From Octopus vulgaris (Eukaryota): a stretch of DNA of 64,000 nucleotides. Position 1 is the stretch's first letter; every line of letters starts with the position of its first letter. Shown here piece by piece: positions 39,905 through 55,085 of the stretch. The stretch covers positions 201,376,001 to 201,440,000 of the forward strand of contig OX597814.1 of assembly GCA_951406725.2 (NCBI GenBank). Direction: 5' to 3'. The translations under genes and the position numbers were made by a program. Under the pieces are notes generated by a model, which saw only the letters and a program-made list of their open reading frames with translations, was not told the DNA's origin and did not search any database.

Positions 39905-40473
39905 AAATTCTATAATTATGAGTATAATTATAATTAGGGTTCAGCAAAATATGCTTCACCACATACCGACATTTAGAAATAGCAGCTAAAAACTACTATT
40001 CTACTACTATAAGATATCTCCCAGACAGTAATACTCAACAACTCACGCAGGTAAAGAGACAAAATAACGAATCTACCCGGCTCTGATTATCTGTATAGGC
40101 GTTTCAAATATAAAATTTGAATTACTGTACTGATGAGGTGAGTGAGTGGGTAGAAATATGATTTTACATTTTTACATCTCTCTAACTATGAAACGCGTAT
40201 ACAGTTAATCAGAGCCGGGTGGATTCGTTATTTTGTCTCTTTACGTGCGTGAGTTGTTGAGTATTGCTGTCTGATAGTAGTAGAATAGTAGTTTTTAACT
40301 GCTATTTCTAAATTTAGGCATGTGGTGAAGCAAATTTTGCTGAACCCTAATTACAATTATACACATAATTATAGAATTTTTATATAAGTTTATCGATAAT
40401 GGTTCTTTTAACATACCGAGCTACTTGGTAAAATTATTAATTATTAATTAATTAATTAATTTTACCCTTTACT
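39905..40473 (+). mobile_element. Foldback Penelope-type insert (~200-bp arms) containing a hammerhead
   Basis: 39905-40106 inverted to 40189-40379; tail into (TA)n. Confidence 0.85.
40124..40205 (+). ncRNA. Type I hammerhead ribozyme
   Basis: ACUGUA CUGAUGA [long stem II] GAAAC GC GUA^ UACAGU; palindromic stem III ACGCGU. Confidence 0.88.
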
Positions 40474-41644
40474 ATATATATATATATATATACAACGGTT
40501 GCACACTGGAGGTCGATGTAATCGACTTAACCCTTCTCCCAAACTAGCCAGCCTTGTGCAAAAGTTTTAAACCAATATTATTTGTGACCATCCTGGGCCT
40601 TCGAAATGCAGGTAGTCTTCTCAGAGTGCTTCACATAGTTTTCGTCTCTACTGCTTCAATCGCGATGCAGGCTTTGGTCAACTCAAGTTTGTCGGATGAG
40701 AAACTCCGCAGTAGGCGGCATGCAGTTGGGTCTGATTGCAAAATGGATTTTTGACATCACCAATTTATGCTCTCATTCACCCACGTCCTAAACATAGAGA
40801 GAACGATATCCCCAGCCAGCAACGAACCAAATAGTGATTTGAGAGAAGATGGGGACAACTGGTGTCAGTAGACATCACTAACGGTTGAATTTATCGAACT
40901 GAGATGCAAAGGCATTTAGCACACCAGTCATCCAAGAGAAAAGAAATTAAGGAATAAAAGTATATTTAAATTAAAACAAGAAAACAAAGAATAAACAAAA
41001 AAGGGCTGTACTATAAACAGCCTTAGAAGAACTGATCAAGAGCCGTCTTTTAAAAGGTATAGATTATCAGGGTCAAGGTCTTAGAAGTACGAAACGACAA
41101 TTCGATACTTAATTATATATAATGCTCAATAAAGCAAAAGTGAAGACAATATTATATTTCACAAGGTGGAATTAATTTGTTTCCTGTGTGTATGATGTGA
41201 GTTCAAACGTTTCGGAGAAAGTCATTTGTCAGAGAAAGACGAAATGCTTTACTGATAGTAACACTTATCTTTCTCTGGCGAGGAGTTCTTCCAGAAGCGT
41301 TAATTCCTCCCCTTCCTCATTGCAAATTTATTCATTCCACATTGAGAATTTTGAGTGCTTGCTATATGCTGACGTATGTCATAACTTGTGCTCTCAGATT
41401 CCACTATCTCATTTGAAAATAATAATATATGCGTACTTTAGCTTTATAAGGTTATAGGTCAGTTACTTAACATGTCATTATATGCTAATATACTATTTTA
41501 ATTTAATATATTCTATCCAGTAATCTCAGACGGTGCAAATTGCTCCTCGCTAGTCTTATGTTTATGAAAACAAATAACTTTATGAATGAAAATAAATCAC
41601 AAATTTGTGATAGATACATGGATGGACAGAAAATTATATATTCA

Positions 41645-42115
<471 letters not shown>

Positions 42116-43071
42116 ACAACCCGTATCACAAATACGGGTTGTTGGAGGTCATGCAGCAATAGATATTGTCACATACTCTCGCAAACGCGCGCACGCACAC
42201 AGCTTTCAAATCTTCTTTTATTCCAATCAGTAATGGAAGAACTTATCTTATGTCAGGCTGTCTACAAAAGCTATAACTGAACCAGAATTTTGGTGGGACG
42301 AAAAAGTGACAGCATGAAGCATACCATTTTTATTAGAACCATAGCAGTGTGGTAAATGTCACGAAAACCTTTCAGTTTTAAGAATAAACACACAAAAAAA
42401 AAATATTGGAAAATATGAATTCGCTCCTTTTTCACCATTATTTCCTTATGTTTCGCTTCTTTCTTCTTTTTTCTTTAGTTTTTAACGCCTTGTCGCCTTA
42501 GCTTAGATAGAGCTTGTAGTCTTGTTTCTTTATAGTCGACTGGAGGCTATTTCAAACAATATATCATTCATTCATGTGTGTGTGTATGTGTTTGTGTGTG
42601 TGTGTGTGTGTATTTCGGCTAAGCAGTGTCTTATTCCTGTATTAAATATAAAAAATAAAATTTTCACGTCGATAAAATATTAACAGTCATAGAACATTAG
42701 TTCAAACATTTACAAGTGTTTTAATATGTTTTTTCTTTAAGAAAACCATCCACTGTACACTATAATTTACTGAACAGGAATGGGAATTATTTCTCACAGA
42801 AGGAATCATCAGTATTCTACCGACAGAGAAGCAGCAAAAATTCTGACGTCTCTTCCTAATAATAATTCCTTTAGAGATGTCATATAAGCTTCGTCACAAC
42901 TCATTTTTAATTTGGTGACAATTCATTTTACGTAAAGGTATACGCGTAAAGAATCGCCACTGACCGTTCTTCATCTATTTTCGCAAAATAAATCTTCAGT
43001 TTTTTTTATATATATAGTGATTGGTGTTCATTATATATGATATTCATTTCCTTATAGCCATAAAACATACA

Positions 43072-43117
<46 letters not shown>

Positions 43118-43118
43118 C

Positions 43119-43200
<82 letters not shown>

Positions 43201-43464
43201 ATATATATGTGTGTGTATATATATATATATGATATATATTATGTATGATATTTATTTCCTTATAGACATACAATATACACGCGTATATATATACATATAT
43301 ATACATAGAAAGAGAGAAAGAGAGAGAGAGATAATGCATATATATATATATCCAAGTACATACAATCATATATACATTCATATATATATATGTGTGTGTA
43401 TATATATGTATATATGTGTGTATATATATATGTGTTTGTGTGTGTGTGTATGTATGTATGCATG

Positions 43465-43496
<32 letters not shown>

Positions 43497-44400
43497 TGTA
43501 TGTATGTAGTATGTATGTATGTATGTATGTATGTATGTAGTGTGGAATGAGATGTAACGCCAGAAACGAAGGAAAAATAAATTAATGAAAAATTCGCTTA
43601 TTCATGCATAAGCACTTCAAAGATATAATAAAACGATTCTCACGTGTCTTCCCTCGTTTCAATCTCGCTGCAATTACTGCAAAATTCTCATATATTCAGT
43701 TAAATTATTTGTAATATTAATCATACACCATAAAGCATTAAAACTTCTCTCATATTATCATTTATATTTTTGGGGAAGATTTTTCTAAACAATGAATATG
43801 GAAACTATTAAAAGTAGCTGTTAATTAACGACATTAATATAACCATGTGTAGAGGAACGCAAGGTAAAATTAGTTTTATTCAAGTGACATGCAATATACA
43901 ATTGCTAAAATAGCTGAAGTAAATTATTGTAAGCGATACTGGAATGAGAACATCTTGCAATAAATGATTTATATCAAGTAAAACATTATATGAGTGAGTG
44001 AAGCTTAAGCGCAAAGTTATTGCAGTATTCGTAGATATTTGTCTGAGAGAAATCATACACGCGCACACATAAAGCTTACATATAAGACAATATATGAATA
44101 ATTGTTGTATCTGTATGCACAGGCAAATATACAAGCATACATACATATGTACACGTATGTAATTTAAATTTCAAACATGTAAATATGTAATTATTTTATG
44201 TGATCATGTAATTAGACGTTGATTAGCAATAGGAAAAGCAAAAAACTTTAGGTAACAACAATATGAAGTTCTAATACTATGAAAGCTTCAACTGAAGTAA
44301 AATTATAAATTCTGTATCGTGTATTGAATACTTTTCCTCACGTTTGTACTTTCACACCCAAACACACACATACACACGCGCGCGCGCGCGCACATGTATG

Positions 44401-44740
44401 CAGTTTGCGGACTGGGTCTAAACATTTTGGTTACCAGGAGACTAAAGGGGCCCACCCGCAACTAGAAGAAGGGTCACTCGCAACTACAATGCTCTCATTT
44501 AATTTTAATTTTTTTTTTGTTAAAAGTATTCTTTTCAACTGTCTACAGACACAACCAGGCTGAAATAATTAATGCATTCTTCCATGGGTGAATAAAAAAT
44601 TCTCAAACTTGAGGAGATAGGCCCGTTAGATACTAACATGGGCTCCTTAGATACTCACATGGGCCCCCATATACGGATTCTAATGGCGCAGGAGTCCACT
44701 TGCCATCGGGAAAGCTGGCAACCTGGCCAGTCTGCCACTG
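44401..44740. mobile_element. hAT-type MITE, full length
   Basis: TIRs CAGTTTGCGGACTGG / CCAGTCTGCCACTG; 8-bp TSD CATGTATG/CATATATG. Confidence 0.8.
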
Positions 44741-45658
44741 CATATATGTGTGAAAATTAATGGTTAAAATTTTAATATGTAATCTATTCAAATGCTAAAA
44801 GATAATTTAAAACAGGCAAAAAAATATGGAATCTACTGATAGTACAAAATGCTTGTATATCTTCTTTGCTGAGTGACTGGCTTGGTACCCTTTATAAGGT
44901 ATCAAACTTCGCTGTTCAAATATAATTGATTCATATTCTCAGGATTATTCTTTATTGTAAACTCTTTCGTTATGGTTATTTCAATAGAAATTATAGCCAG
45001 CACTGATCTTTTGCTAGAACGTTTCGTGTCGAGGCATCAGATATGGCATATTCAGGGATATTCAAAGAGAATGAACCGATTTCATTATGCAATATTTTAG
45101 TAAGGAAAAGTAATACTACTACTGGTGGTGGTGGTGGCGTTAGTATTAGTAGTAGGAATTCTTGTGGTAGATAATAGGAGCAAAAATAAACTGAGCTGGT
45201 CTCCAGTGGTTCCCAAAATGGGCGGTATTGCCCATCCCCCCGGGGGTTGGTGGCAATTTTCCAAGGGGGCGTTGAAGAAAAGGGGGACGATAATGGGGTA
45301 TCTATTCATGTAAAAAGTGGGGCGGTAATTGGGTAGCTGTTCATTATTGGCATCATTGCCATCTATTACTACTACCTCTACTACCACCACCAACACCACC
45401 ATCACTGCAACTGCTACTATTACTACCACTTCTACTGCTGCTGTTGTTGTTGTTAAGCAACAAGACGGGTAAGGGTGATTAGGTGATGGTCTAGGGCTTA
45501 GGGGCGGGAGACCCCAGACCTTGGAAAAAAAAACTTTGGTCGTCTTGTAGTCGAGGGCTCTTCGTTGACGCCCGACACCACTAGGAGGTGGCCCCCAAAG
45601 TCGCTGGAAATGGAGATCTCCAGGTTCAAATTCTTGAACGGCTACTGTTGCTGTTGCG

Positions 45659-45723
<65 letters not shown>

Positions 45724-46472
45724 CACTACTACTAGTAGTAGTGGGCATGCGAAGTAAAAGCATGTCGCTGCATTCCCCATTCGTTGGTGATTTCGTACCC
45801 CTGGTTGATGACGCCTCTGCACCATTCAGACAACCCTCCAACCGATGGGTCTGGTTGGGCAGTCATTGGTGGTGAGGGTCTTACGTCGTTTGGAGTGAAG
45901 ATCCCACCTCAACCTCTTATAGTCACCTTTCCCGACATGCAGAAGGGAACGTTTAACCTTTCCTTTAACAAGCCGGTCCCCATACACCGCGGTTATAGTT
46001 GTATATTTATTGTACGATTGCTAATATTGTAAAATTGTAAAATTGTAATACTACTTTTTAAAAAATTCCTTAATATTGAGAAAACTAATAAACTTTAAAA
46101 CACTTTTACAAGAATTTTTTTTTGCAGTTTATATCTCTAATGTCAATTTATGCTGAATATTTTCAACTCTTGCTGTTCGTGTGTAATATTCATAGCACAA
46201 ATATCTGCTCTATGTTTTTTGCATTTTTATGTATGCATGTGTGTGTGTATATATATATATATATGTGTGTGTGTCTGTATATGTCTATATATCAATACAT
46301 ATTAGATGTCTATGTCTCTCTCTGTGTATATATATATGTATATATATGTATATCTATCTATCTATCTCTATATATATAATACCACTCAGGTGGTGCTATT
46401 AAGTTAGACATGGCCCCAATCAATTTTAGTTGAAACATCTAAGTTTTACATATACATGTATGTGTATATATG

Positions 46473-46546
<74 letters not shown>

Positions 46547-46580
46547 TATACATATATATACATATATATATATACATATA

Positions 46581-46688
<108 letters not shown>

Positions 46689-46692
46689 TATG

Positions 46693-46754
<62 letters not shown>

Positions 46755-47403
46755 TCATTGCCTTGTTGTTTTCTTATTTATTCTTTATTCTTCTTCTTGA
46801 TATTTTCTTACTCCCTTGAGTCTAGTTTCATATGCCTGACATATAAGAGTACATACTTCGTACCTATTTATCTTTATTTCTTTTACATATATTCCTGTTG
46901 TATGTAGGAATAGATTTAAGTATATATATATATATATATATACATATATCTAAAACCATGTATGACTGTGCATATGTGTATGTGTTTATGTGTGGGCATG
47001 TCTATGTGTAGACATCCTTGAACATTTGTGTTTTTTCACACCGTTGAAGCTGATAAATTCGAATGTTTTTTAAAACAGTTTCAGTTGTCACCTTCCTAGA
47101 CTTTTGCGTATATTGCCCTTATATATATATTTATGTGTACATACGTTTTCGTTCAGATGAATAAATATATACTTATATATATTTTCGTACAAATGTTTTC
47201 TCTTGTTCTACTTTTTATAGTTAAAAAAAAGTTTTATTGTTCCTTGGTGTGTAGTATATAAGCCAGTACAAGTTAAAGCACACACACATATACACACATG
47301 TAAATAAAAAAAACAAGCGATAGATAAATATACAGACAGACAGACAGATAGATAGAAAGATAGATAGATATGAATATATAACTTTCTACCCATCCATCCA
47401 TCC

Positions 47404-47495
<92 letters not shown>

Positions 47496-47914
47496 GTCTG
47501 TCTATCTGTCTGTCTGTCTGTCTGTCTGTCTGTCGCTTGTTCTCTATTTACATGTGTGTATGTGTGTGTGTGTGTGTGCTTTTACTTGAACTGTCTTATA
47601 TACTTTTATGTTTTTTTTAGTCAATTTTTACTTTTATTATTTTAGTTTCCCTGTTCATGCGTGTATTTTCTTTATTCTTTGCTGTTTCTTATTTTCCTGC
47701 TATGTAATAATATTTGTGCTTGTATTTACTATTCCATCTACTTCTTCAAACTTCTAGAATTATTTTACTTTCAGTTTAGTTCAAAACTTTATTTCTCCAT
47801 TTTCATCTCTGTTACTTTATGTACCCCTTTTAGACACGACATAGCCATTCTGCTCAAACTGGATGGAAAAGATGGGACATAAACCCCTTTAAGAACCATG
47901 ATAGTAGCATTTGT

Positions 47915-48301
47915 GTGGAGGCGCAATGGCCCAGTGGTTAGGGCAGCGGACTCGCGGTCATAGGATCGCGGTTTCGATTCCCAGACCGGGCGTTGTGAGA
48001 GTTTATTGAGCGAAAACACGAAAGCTCCACGAGGCTCCGGCAGGGGATGGTGGTGATCCCTGCTGTACTCTTTCACCACAACTTTCTCTCACTCTTACTT
48101 CCTGTTTCTGTTGTACTTGTATTTCAAAGGGCCGGCCTTGTCACTCTCTGTGTCACGCTGAATATCTCCGAGAACTACGTTAAGGGTACACGTGTCTGTG
48201 GAGTGCTCAGCCACTTACACGTTAATTTCACGAGCAGGCTGTTCCGTTGATTCGGATCAACCGGAACCCTCATCGTCGTAACCGACGGAGTGCTTCCTCC
48301 C
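47915..48301 (+). mobile_element. SINE family C, full length
   Basis: A/B boxes; 13-bp TSD TAGTAGCATTTGT. Confidence 0.94.
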
Positions 48302-49645
48302 TAGTAGCATTTGTAATTACTAGAAAATCTACTCATCTGCGATGGAGGCATAAAATGAAGGAGGGAAGTCATAACAGAAGTATGTAATTAGAAATGTGTA
48401 AATGGACTTTGTAGATTACTGGGTGATGTCTTAGAGAAATCATATTATTGTAGGTGAAACAGCATTCTATTGCAGCTGTATGACATGTGTTTGCGACTAA
48501 GTGACAGCTGAAGACGATTCACTTTCGGAGCGAAATAGGCTCCCAGCCTCTGAATAATGAATGGTTATGTGGACCACTCCTAACGAAAGCTAGAGCTTCC
48601 TTCGACCACTACATAAAAAGTATTAACAAAAAAATGTTATTTAGATATACTTCTATTTTAGTTGTTTACACTATTTTATGCTTGTTTATATTCTTATACA
48701 ATCAAAGTTCACAAAGTTCTTTATTTAAATTATGAATCATTTTCCTTTCGATAATATCAATATGATTACAAAACTTCTTAGTAGACGATATTTTTGTTTG
48801 GTTGGCACTAATTTTCAAATTACTGGGGTCCGTTGCTCTACTCATAGCATGTGTAAACATTGAAGTGGGTAAAAATACACCTACACAGTCTAAAGTCTGG
48901 CCCTGTGCCTTGTTTGCTGTAAATGCGTAAGCAGAATCTTTAGGAATCTGCCCATCTACGACGGGAAATAAAGGGATAGTATCACAAATCTAAACCCTCT
49001 AAATTCACGTACTATACGAAGGGGAAATCCAGTGTTAATCCTCGTCACCGGAATTTTAACAAAAAGAAATCAAAGGTGATTTATTAATACAAAACTCAAT
49101 ATCTACTTAATAATCATACTTTTTCACATTTTTTCGCTAAAAAACTCCCTGATTACCTCTCTCGTAATCCCGAAATGTATAATTTCATTATACATTTTTT
49201 TCATTTTCATTCGTTTTATGTTTTATGTCCCCACAGTAAGTGTTTTGTCTGTTCTTGTACTGTACTGGGTGCCAAATAAATTCAGAAGCAAGTCAGCTGT
49301 GACATAAGCCACGTCTTTCTATTTGAACTTTTTGAAAATCAGTGTAAACTGTGAAACCGGTTAAGACTTCAAATATTTTAGTAAAAAATATTTTAACTAT
49401 TCTCAGTGCATTTTCGGCTTCTGCTTTTCCTTTATATATATATATAGGTAGATAGATATATAGATATATAGACAGATAGATACACTTTAAAGTGGATATT
49501 TTGTTTGAACACAGAATACTGCGATAGTGACCTTGAAAAGACATCTCTTATGGACTTGTGGTACATATAAGCACTTATGTTTATAGAGCTAGCACGGAAT
49601 AATCATCCGCCATCGCGTTTGTATATGTATGTGCGTGCACGTGAG

Positions 49646-49788
<143 letters not shown>

Positions 49789-49965
49789 GTCTGTCTGTCT
49801 GTCTGTCTGTCTGACTGTCTGTCTGTCTGTTTGTCTGTCTCTATGTCTGTCTCTCTATCTATCTATCTAGCTATCTATCTATCGATCTATCTATTTGTGT
49901 ATGTGTGTGTGTGTGTGAGTGAGTATGAGTGCACGCATGTGTGTGTGAGCGTGTGAGTGTGCTCA

Positions 49966-49997
<32 letters not shown>

Positions 49998-50319
49998 GAA
50001 ATATGTAACTATTTGTGAAAGTAAGCATAGACTGCAAGAGACGTAGACATCAGTGGTAAATGGAAATTCTTTCACAATATTTTCTTCGCATCGAGTTGCC
50101 GAGACTCCCATCGCAACCACAATGATAAAAATCCAGCTAAGCAGTGATTGGCTGTTTTGTTCACAACAATTCTATTATTTACGGAGATGTACTTGCATAG
50201 CGAGTGACTTGATCTGAGATCGTGTGCTGGAACGAAAACAATTGCAGCGTGGAAGGTGTTTGTAAGCCATTTAAGAAACACACAAAACCGTTAGATTCAC
50301 TTCGAACATATAAACTTAA

Positions 50320-50370
50320 TTTGTCAAAATATTTTCGTCGCTTTGAGACCGCAACCTGTTCACTGACAAA
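50320..50370 (-). ncRNA. Hammerhead-like ribozyme with G3-C8 swapped core
   Basis: UUUGUCA GUGAACA g GUUGC-ggucucaaa-GCGAC GAAA AUAU UU^ UGACAAA. Confidence 0.7.
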
Positions 50371-52084
50371 GCTTCGTGCTGCATCTGAGAAAGTAACAGT
50401 TAGTTCATGATATATATGTATGTGCGTGTATGTATGTATGTATGTATGTATGTATGTATGTATGTATGTATGTATGTATTATTAAGTAACTGCAACATAA
50501 AATTCCTCTCAGTTTCGCTTCTATGAAAAATCTTAAAAATTACTCCTGTGCCATCATTTACTTTCTTTACGTGATATCATGAATACTGTTTTTTTTTCCT
50601 TAAATTTTATTTATATCATGCAATCGTTTGTTATAGGTTTCCAACAGGCCAATCATTGCTTCGCTGCATTTCCAATTTCGAGAGTGACAACAGAATATCT
50701 GTGTTAAGCGAATGGAATATTACTAAGTTGCATATAATTGCGATGGAGACTGTCTCCGCTTGTCATTCCTCTTTCTTAAGGGAGACTTGTACGTACAGTA
50801 GTTGGTATTATGAAACAAAAGAAAACTAGTTTATATTTATTGTGACTTGGCTACTAATAAAATATAATACTCATGGCTTATTTATGGGATACTTTTAAAA
50901 GAGGAGTAACGCTGTTCTTTGATTCCTACATATGCTACTGTAAAAATGTCTATTAAAGCTGGAAACTTTCAGAGATCAATCGTATCTGAAAAGATAAAAT
51001 AAATTAAACTAAGAGACATAACGACAAACTACAACTAATGCATTTATACAGAAATGTCCTTTGTCGATTTGTCAAAGTATTTCGGCGGAGTTCTATTTAT
51101 TGCTACTTAGATTCTTTTGCTTTCTTTTTTTTTTGTGTGTGTGTGTTTGCTTTTTCTTCTTTTTTCATTTTTTGTTCTTTTTTGTTTTGTTTTTTTGAAA
51201 TTTTCACTTTAGCATTAAAAATAAGTGAACTTTTAACTTTTATCGTTTTCTTGTTTCAGTCATTAGACGGCGGCCATTTTAGAGTTTTTTTGTCGAATAA
51301 ACCGATCTCAGTATTTTTTCTAAGCCTGGTATTTTATAATACGGGTCTCTTTCTATTGAATTGGTAAGTTACGGAGGACATAAACACACCTACACCAGTC
51401 GACAAAGCGGTGGCAAGGGACAAACACAGACATAAAAAAACACGCACATCCATACACACATAAATCTATTCACAAGGCTTAGGACTGAACCCGGAACCAT
51501 GTGGTTAGGAAACAAACTTCTTATCCCCCAGCCACATCTCAGCCACATTTGCACCTAAATAGGAATTTTAAAAAGTACTCTCTCTCTCTTTCCCACTTTC
51601 TCTCCCGCTTTCTCTCCCTCTTTCCCTCTTTCTTTCTTTTTCTCTCTCTCTCTTTCTGTATATGTATATATATGCACATATATGTATAGATAGATATATC
51701 GATAGATATACATGTATATGTTTGTGTTTGCATATATGTATGTGTGTGTGTGAGTATGTATGTATGCATACATGCATGCATGTATGTAAGTATGTTTGTA
51801 TGTGTATATATCATAAATTTTAAAGGCACACTCCTATATGTGAATGTATATGTGTACTTTATGTATAATTTATGCAAAACAGGCCGTGTATCATACAAAT
51901 AAATAATTGTAAATAGTATGACGCCGTGCTTTAAGAGAAATGTAAATATGCAAAAGTCATTCCTTCACAGCTTTTGGTCTGCAGAATAAGAGAAGGTGAA
52001 GTCTCTAGAGACCATTTCACAGTTGTTAATCCTCTCCACAAAGGACTGCTCGGTTTTCTTCTCACAATCAGGAGCATACATAAT

Positions 52085-52571
52085 TAATTCTTTATTGCTC
52101 ACAGGAGGCTAAATAAACATAGAGGGGACAAACAAGGACAGACAATGGGATTAAGTCGATTACATCGACCCCAGTACGTAACTGGTACTTATGTAATCGA
52201 CCCTGAAAGGATGAAGGGCAAAGTCGACCTCGGCGGAATTTGAACTCAGAATGTAATGGTAGACGAAGTACTGCTAAGCATTTCGCCCGGCATGCTAACG
52301 ATTCTGCCAGCTCGCCGCCCTATTTTAAAAGTATATTCAATTCTTTATAGCCCACAGGGGGCTAAACATAGAATGGGGGCAAACATGAACAGACAAAAGG
52401 ATTAAGTCGATTACATCGACCCCAGTGCGTAACTGGTACTTATCTAATCGACCCCGAAAGAATGAAAGGCAAAGTCGACCTCGGCGGAATTTGAACTCAG
52501 AACGTAGCGGCAGATGAAATACTGCTAAGCATTTCACCTGGTGTGTTAACGATTCTGCCAGATCGTCGCCT
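52085..52571 (-). mobile_element. Two head-bearing SINE family A monomers in tandem
   Basis: Pair flanked by GGA(G/A)CATACATAAT (52071-52084, 52576-52589). Confidence 0.88.
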
Positions 52572-53063
52572 TTCGGGAACATACATAATGCGCTTACAGA
52601 TTACATAAGACAATAGTGGATAAATTAATTTCTTTATTTTCAGTATATCGATGGTATTAGCCTAATTTATGACTGGTTTATAAGACAGGAATATTCTACG
52701 CTGCAGAAGCAAAAAGGCAACCAAGTACTTTCTCTCTGAGGAGGTGCCAAAAAATCATGAAACGGTGCATTAAGAGACTCTCCCGACATTTCTGCGAACG
52801 TCAGAAGCAGAGAAAGTGGTTACATTCTTATGTTTCTTTTACCTTTAGATATTCGAAGACATTTGACATCTACTTCTAGCGCATTGGCGTTGTCCCCCTA
52901 GCCCCCTTAAATATAATTATACATTTATAATTGTATACTTAAATATAGACTTTACCGATGTGGTGGTTATTATACGCTGGCCACTGATAATCATAAGAGT
53001 CGAGAGAGCAGACTGAGTTTGTAAACTAAAGGATAGTTGAATGGTATTCTTATACTTAAGAAA

Positions 53064-53294
53064 GGCGTCCAGCTGGCAGAAACGTTAGCACGCTGGGCGA
53101 AATGCGTAACCGTATTTCGTCTGCCGCTACGTTCTGAGTTCAAATTCCGCCGAGGTCGACTTTGCCTTTCATCCTTTCGGGGTCGATTAAATAAGTACCA
53201 GCTACGTACTGGGGTCGATGTAATCGACTTAATCCGTTTGTTTGTCCTTGTTTGTCCTCTCTGTGTTTAGCTCCTTGTGGGTAGTAAAGAAATA
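53064..53294 (+). mobile_element. SINE family A monomer
   Basis: TSD GGTATTCTTATACTT (53043-53057, 53295-53309). Confidence 0.92.
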
Positions 53295-53619
53295 GGTATT
53301 CTTATACTTTAAGATATCATTAAACTCAGCAACGTCGCTCATAAGCACTGGTACTGGCTAAGCAGGCGAGCATACCAGCAGGCTGTAGGCACCAAACAGG
53401 ACATATGAACCTGTCAAACATATTTTATACATGCATATGCGCGCATGCGTGTGTGCGTACACTCATACATTATGTGTTGAGAAGTTTGTTTCGCAAATGT
53501 GAAGTCTTGCGTTCGATCCTACTTGTGTGGCACTCAGAGTAAATGTTTTCTACCATAACCTTAAGTCGGTTTAAGGTATGCATATATGAATGTATTTCTT
53601 TCTCGCTCTCCCTCCATAC

Positions 53620-53668
<49 letters not shown>

Positions 53669-54399
53669 GAGAATGGCAAATGAATCTTCTCTCATTGCGC
53701 TCTCTTTGCAAGATATTTCCGCTGAATTGCTCTCGTGAATAATAACTGTTTAACGTCAAAAGTAAATGATCTAATGCTATTTTTCATTTATTAATTTTAT
53801 TTGAAAACCATGATTGAATAAGGAAAGTTATTATTCATTCCTTTAATTATAATATATCTCTAATACCTTTTCCCTTCAAGTTTTATAATTTGAGAATTAG
53901 CAGGTTTCCTGGTTGCTGTTTGAATCCAGAAGCAACGACGTCAACGATACACCATAAGGAATGGAGTTTATCTATTGTCTTGTCAATTAAAATAAAATTC
54001 TTATACAAAAGCTTTCTTTGAAGATTATTATTTTCCATTTCTCAAGGTAAATGTGTTCAATTAAACAAGGAAATCATAATAAGATAAAAATATGTATAAT
54101 GAATATTTAAGAATGTTACATTAAATTTCGAAAAGCTGGCCATGTTTTATCAATGATACTTTTAGCCTACATGTGATTATTCTTAATGATGGATCACACA
54201 ATAACATAACAAGCAGGTATCATTAGAGAAAGTAAATTGTTCATTGTAAACATCTTAATTTCTTTCAAATATCCTGTAAATATCGTTATTCAGGATAATG
54301 ACATTCTACATCAGAAACTGATCTAGATTTTATTGAATAAAATATAAAACAATACTTGCATTCCATTAAAGAAAAATCACTGTTCTATTATTCACGACA

Positions 54400-55085
54400 G
54401 ATGATTGTCAGAACTGTAAGAGCGCCTAACAAAATACCTTGCGACATTTGTTTGGTTGGTTACGTCCTGAGTTCAGGTGCTGAGGTGGTTCGCTTTGTTT
54501 TCATCCTTCTGGGGTCGATAAAATAAATATCTAGTGAAGTGCTGGAGTCGCATTAATTGACTACCCCCATTCCCTAAAAAATATCAGGTTTTCTGCCTAA
54601 ATAAGAAAAATAATTAGAATATATTTCGAGCGATGGATTAACAGACTTTTTAGAATATCTGGGACACTGCCTTCTGATATTTAATTGCTGCTCTTTATGT
54701 CTGAGTTCAAATCACACCGAGATTAATTTTATTTGTCATCTATACGTGATCGACAAAATAAAGTGGGGTGCATGGTATTAGCTGATCCCCTCTTTGAAAA
54801 TTTAAAGCATTGTGCCTATATTAGGAGTAATTATTTTTGTGGTTTTTATTGAATTCTTTATGATCTTGAGCCAAAGTTATGAATTATTAGAGATGGTGGA
54901 GTAACAGAGTCAGTTGGATGCTGGCCAAAAAGCATTGTATATCTGCCTTTAAATTCTAAATTCGGAATCCAAGTTCAACTTTGCCTTTCATCTTTCCGGG
55001 TCAATAATATAAATGCCAATCATTGTATTTGGCCTAATCGACTGCCCTCTCCCACTATATTCAAGGCCTTGTACCTAAGTTCGTG
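54400..55085 (+). mobile_element. Three decayed family A-related SINEs in tandem
   Basis: Each retains CTGAGTTC(A) and/or TTTCATC..GGGTC(G)ATAA core remnants. Confidence 0.6.

Noticed and set aside
45097-45825. 242-aa ORF with poly-Val
   Set aside because: Spans (CTA)n repeats, a hAT-like MITE end (CAGTGGTTCCCAAA near 45204) and a retroposon tail
47915-47990. tRNA genes at SINE heads
   Set aside because: tRNA-derived promoters without a complete cloverleaf, continuing into SINE bodies
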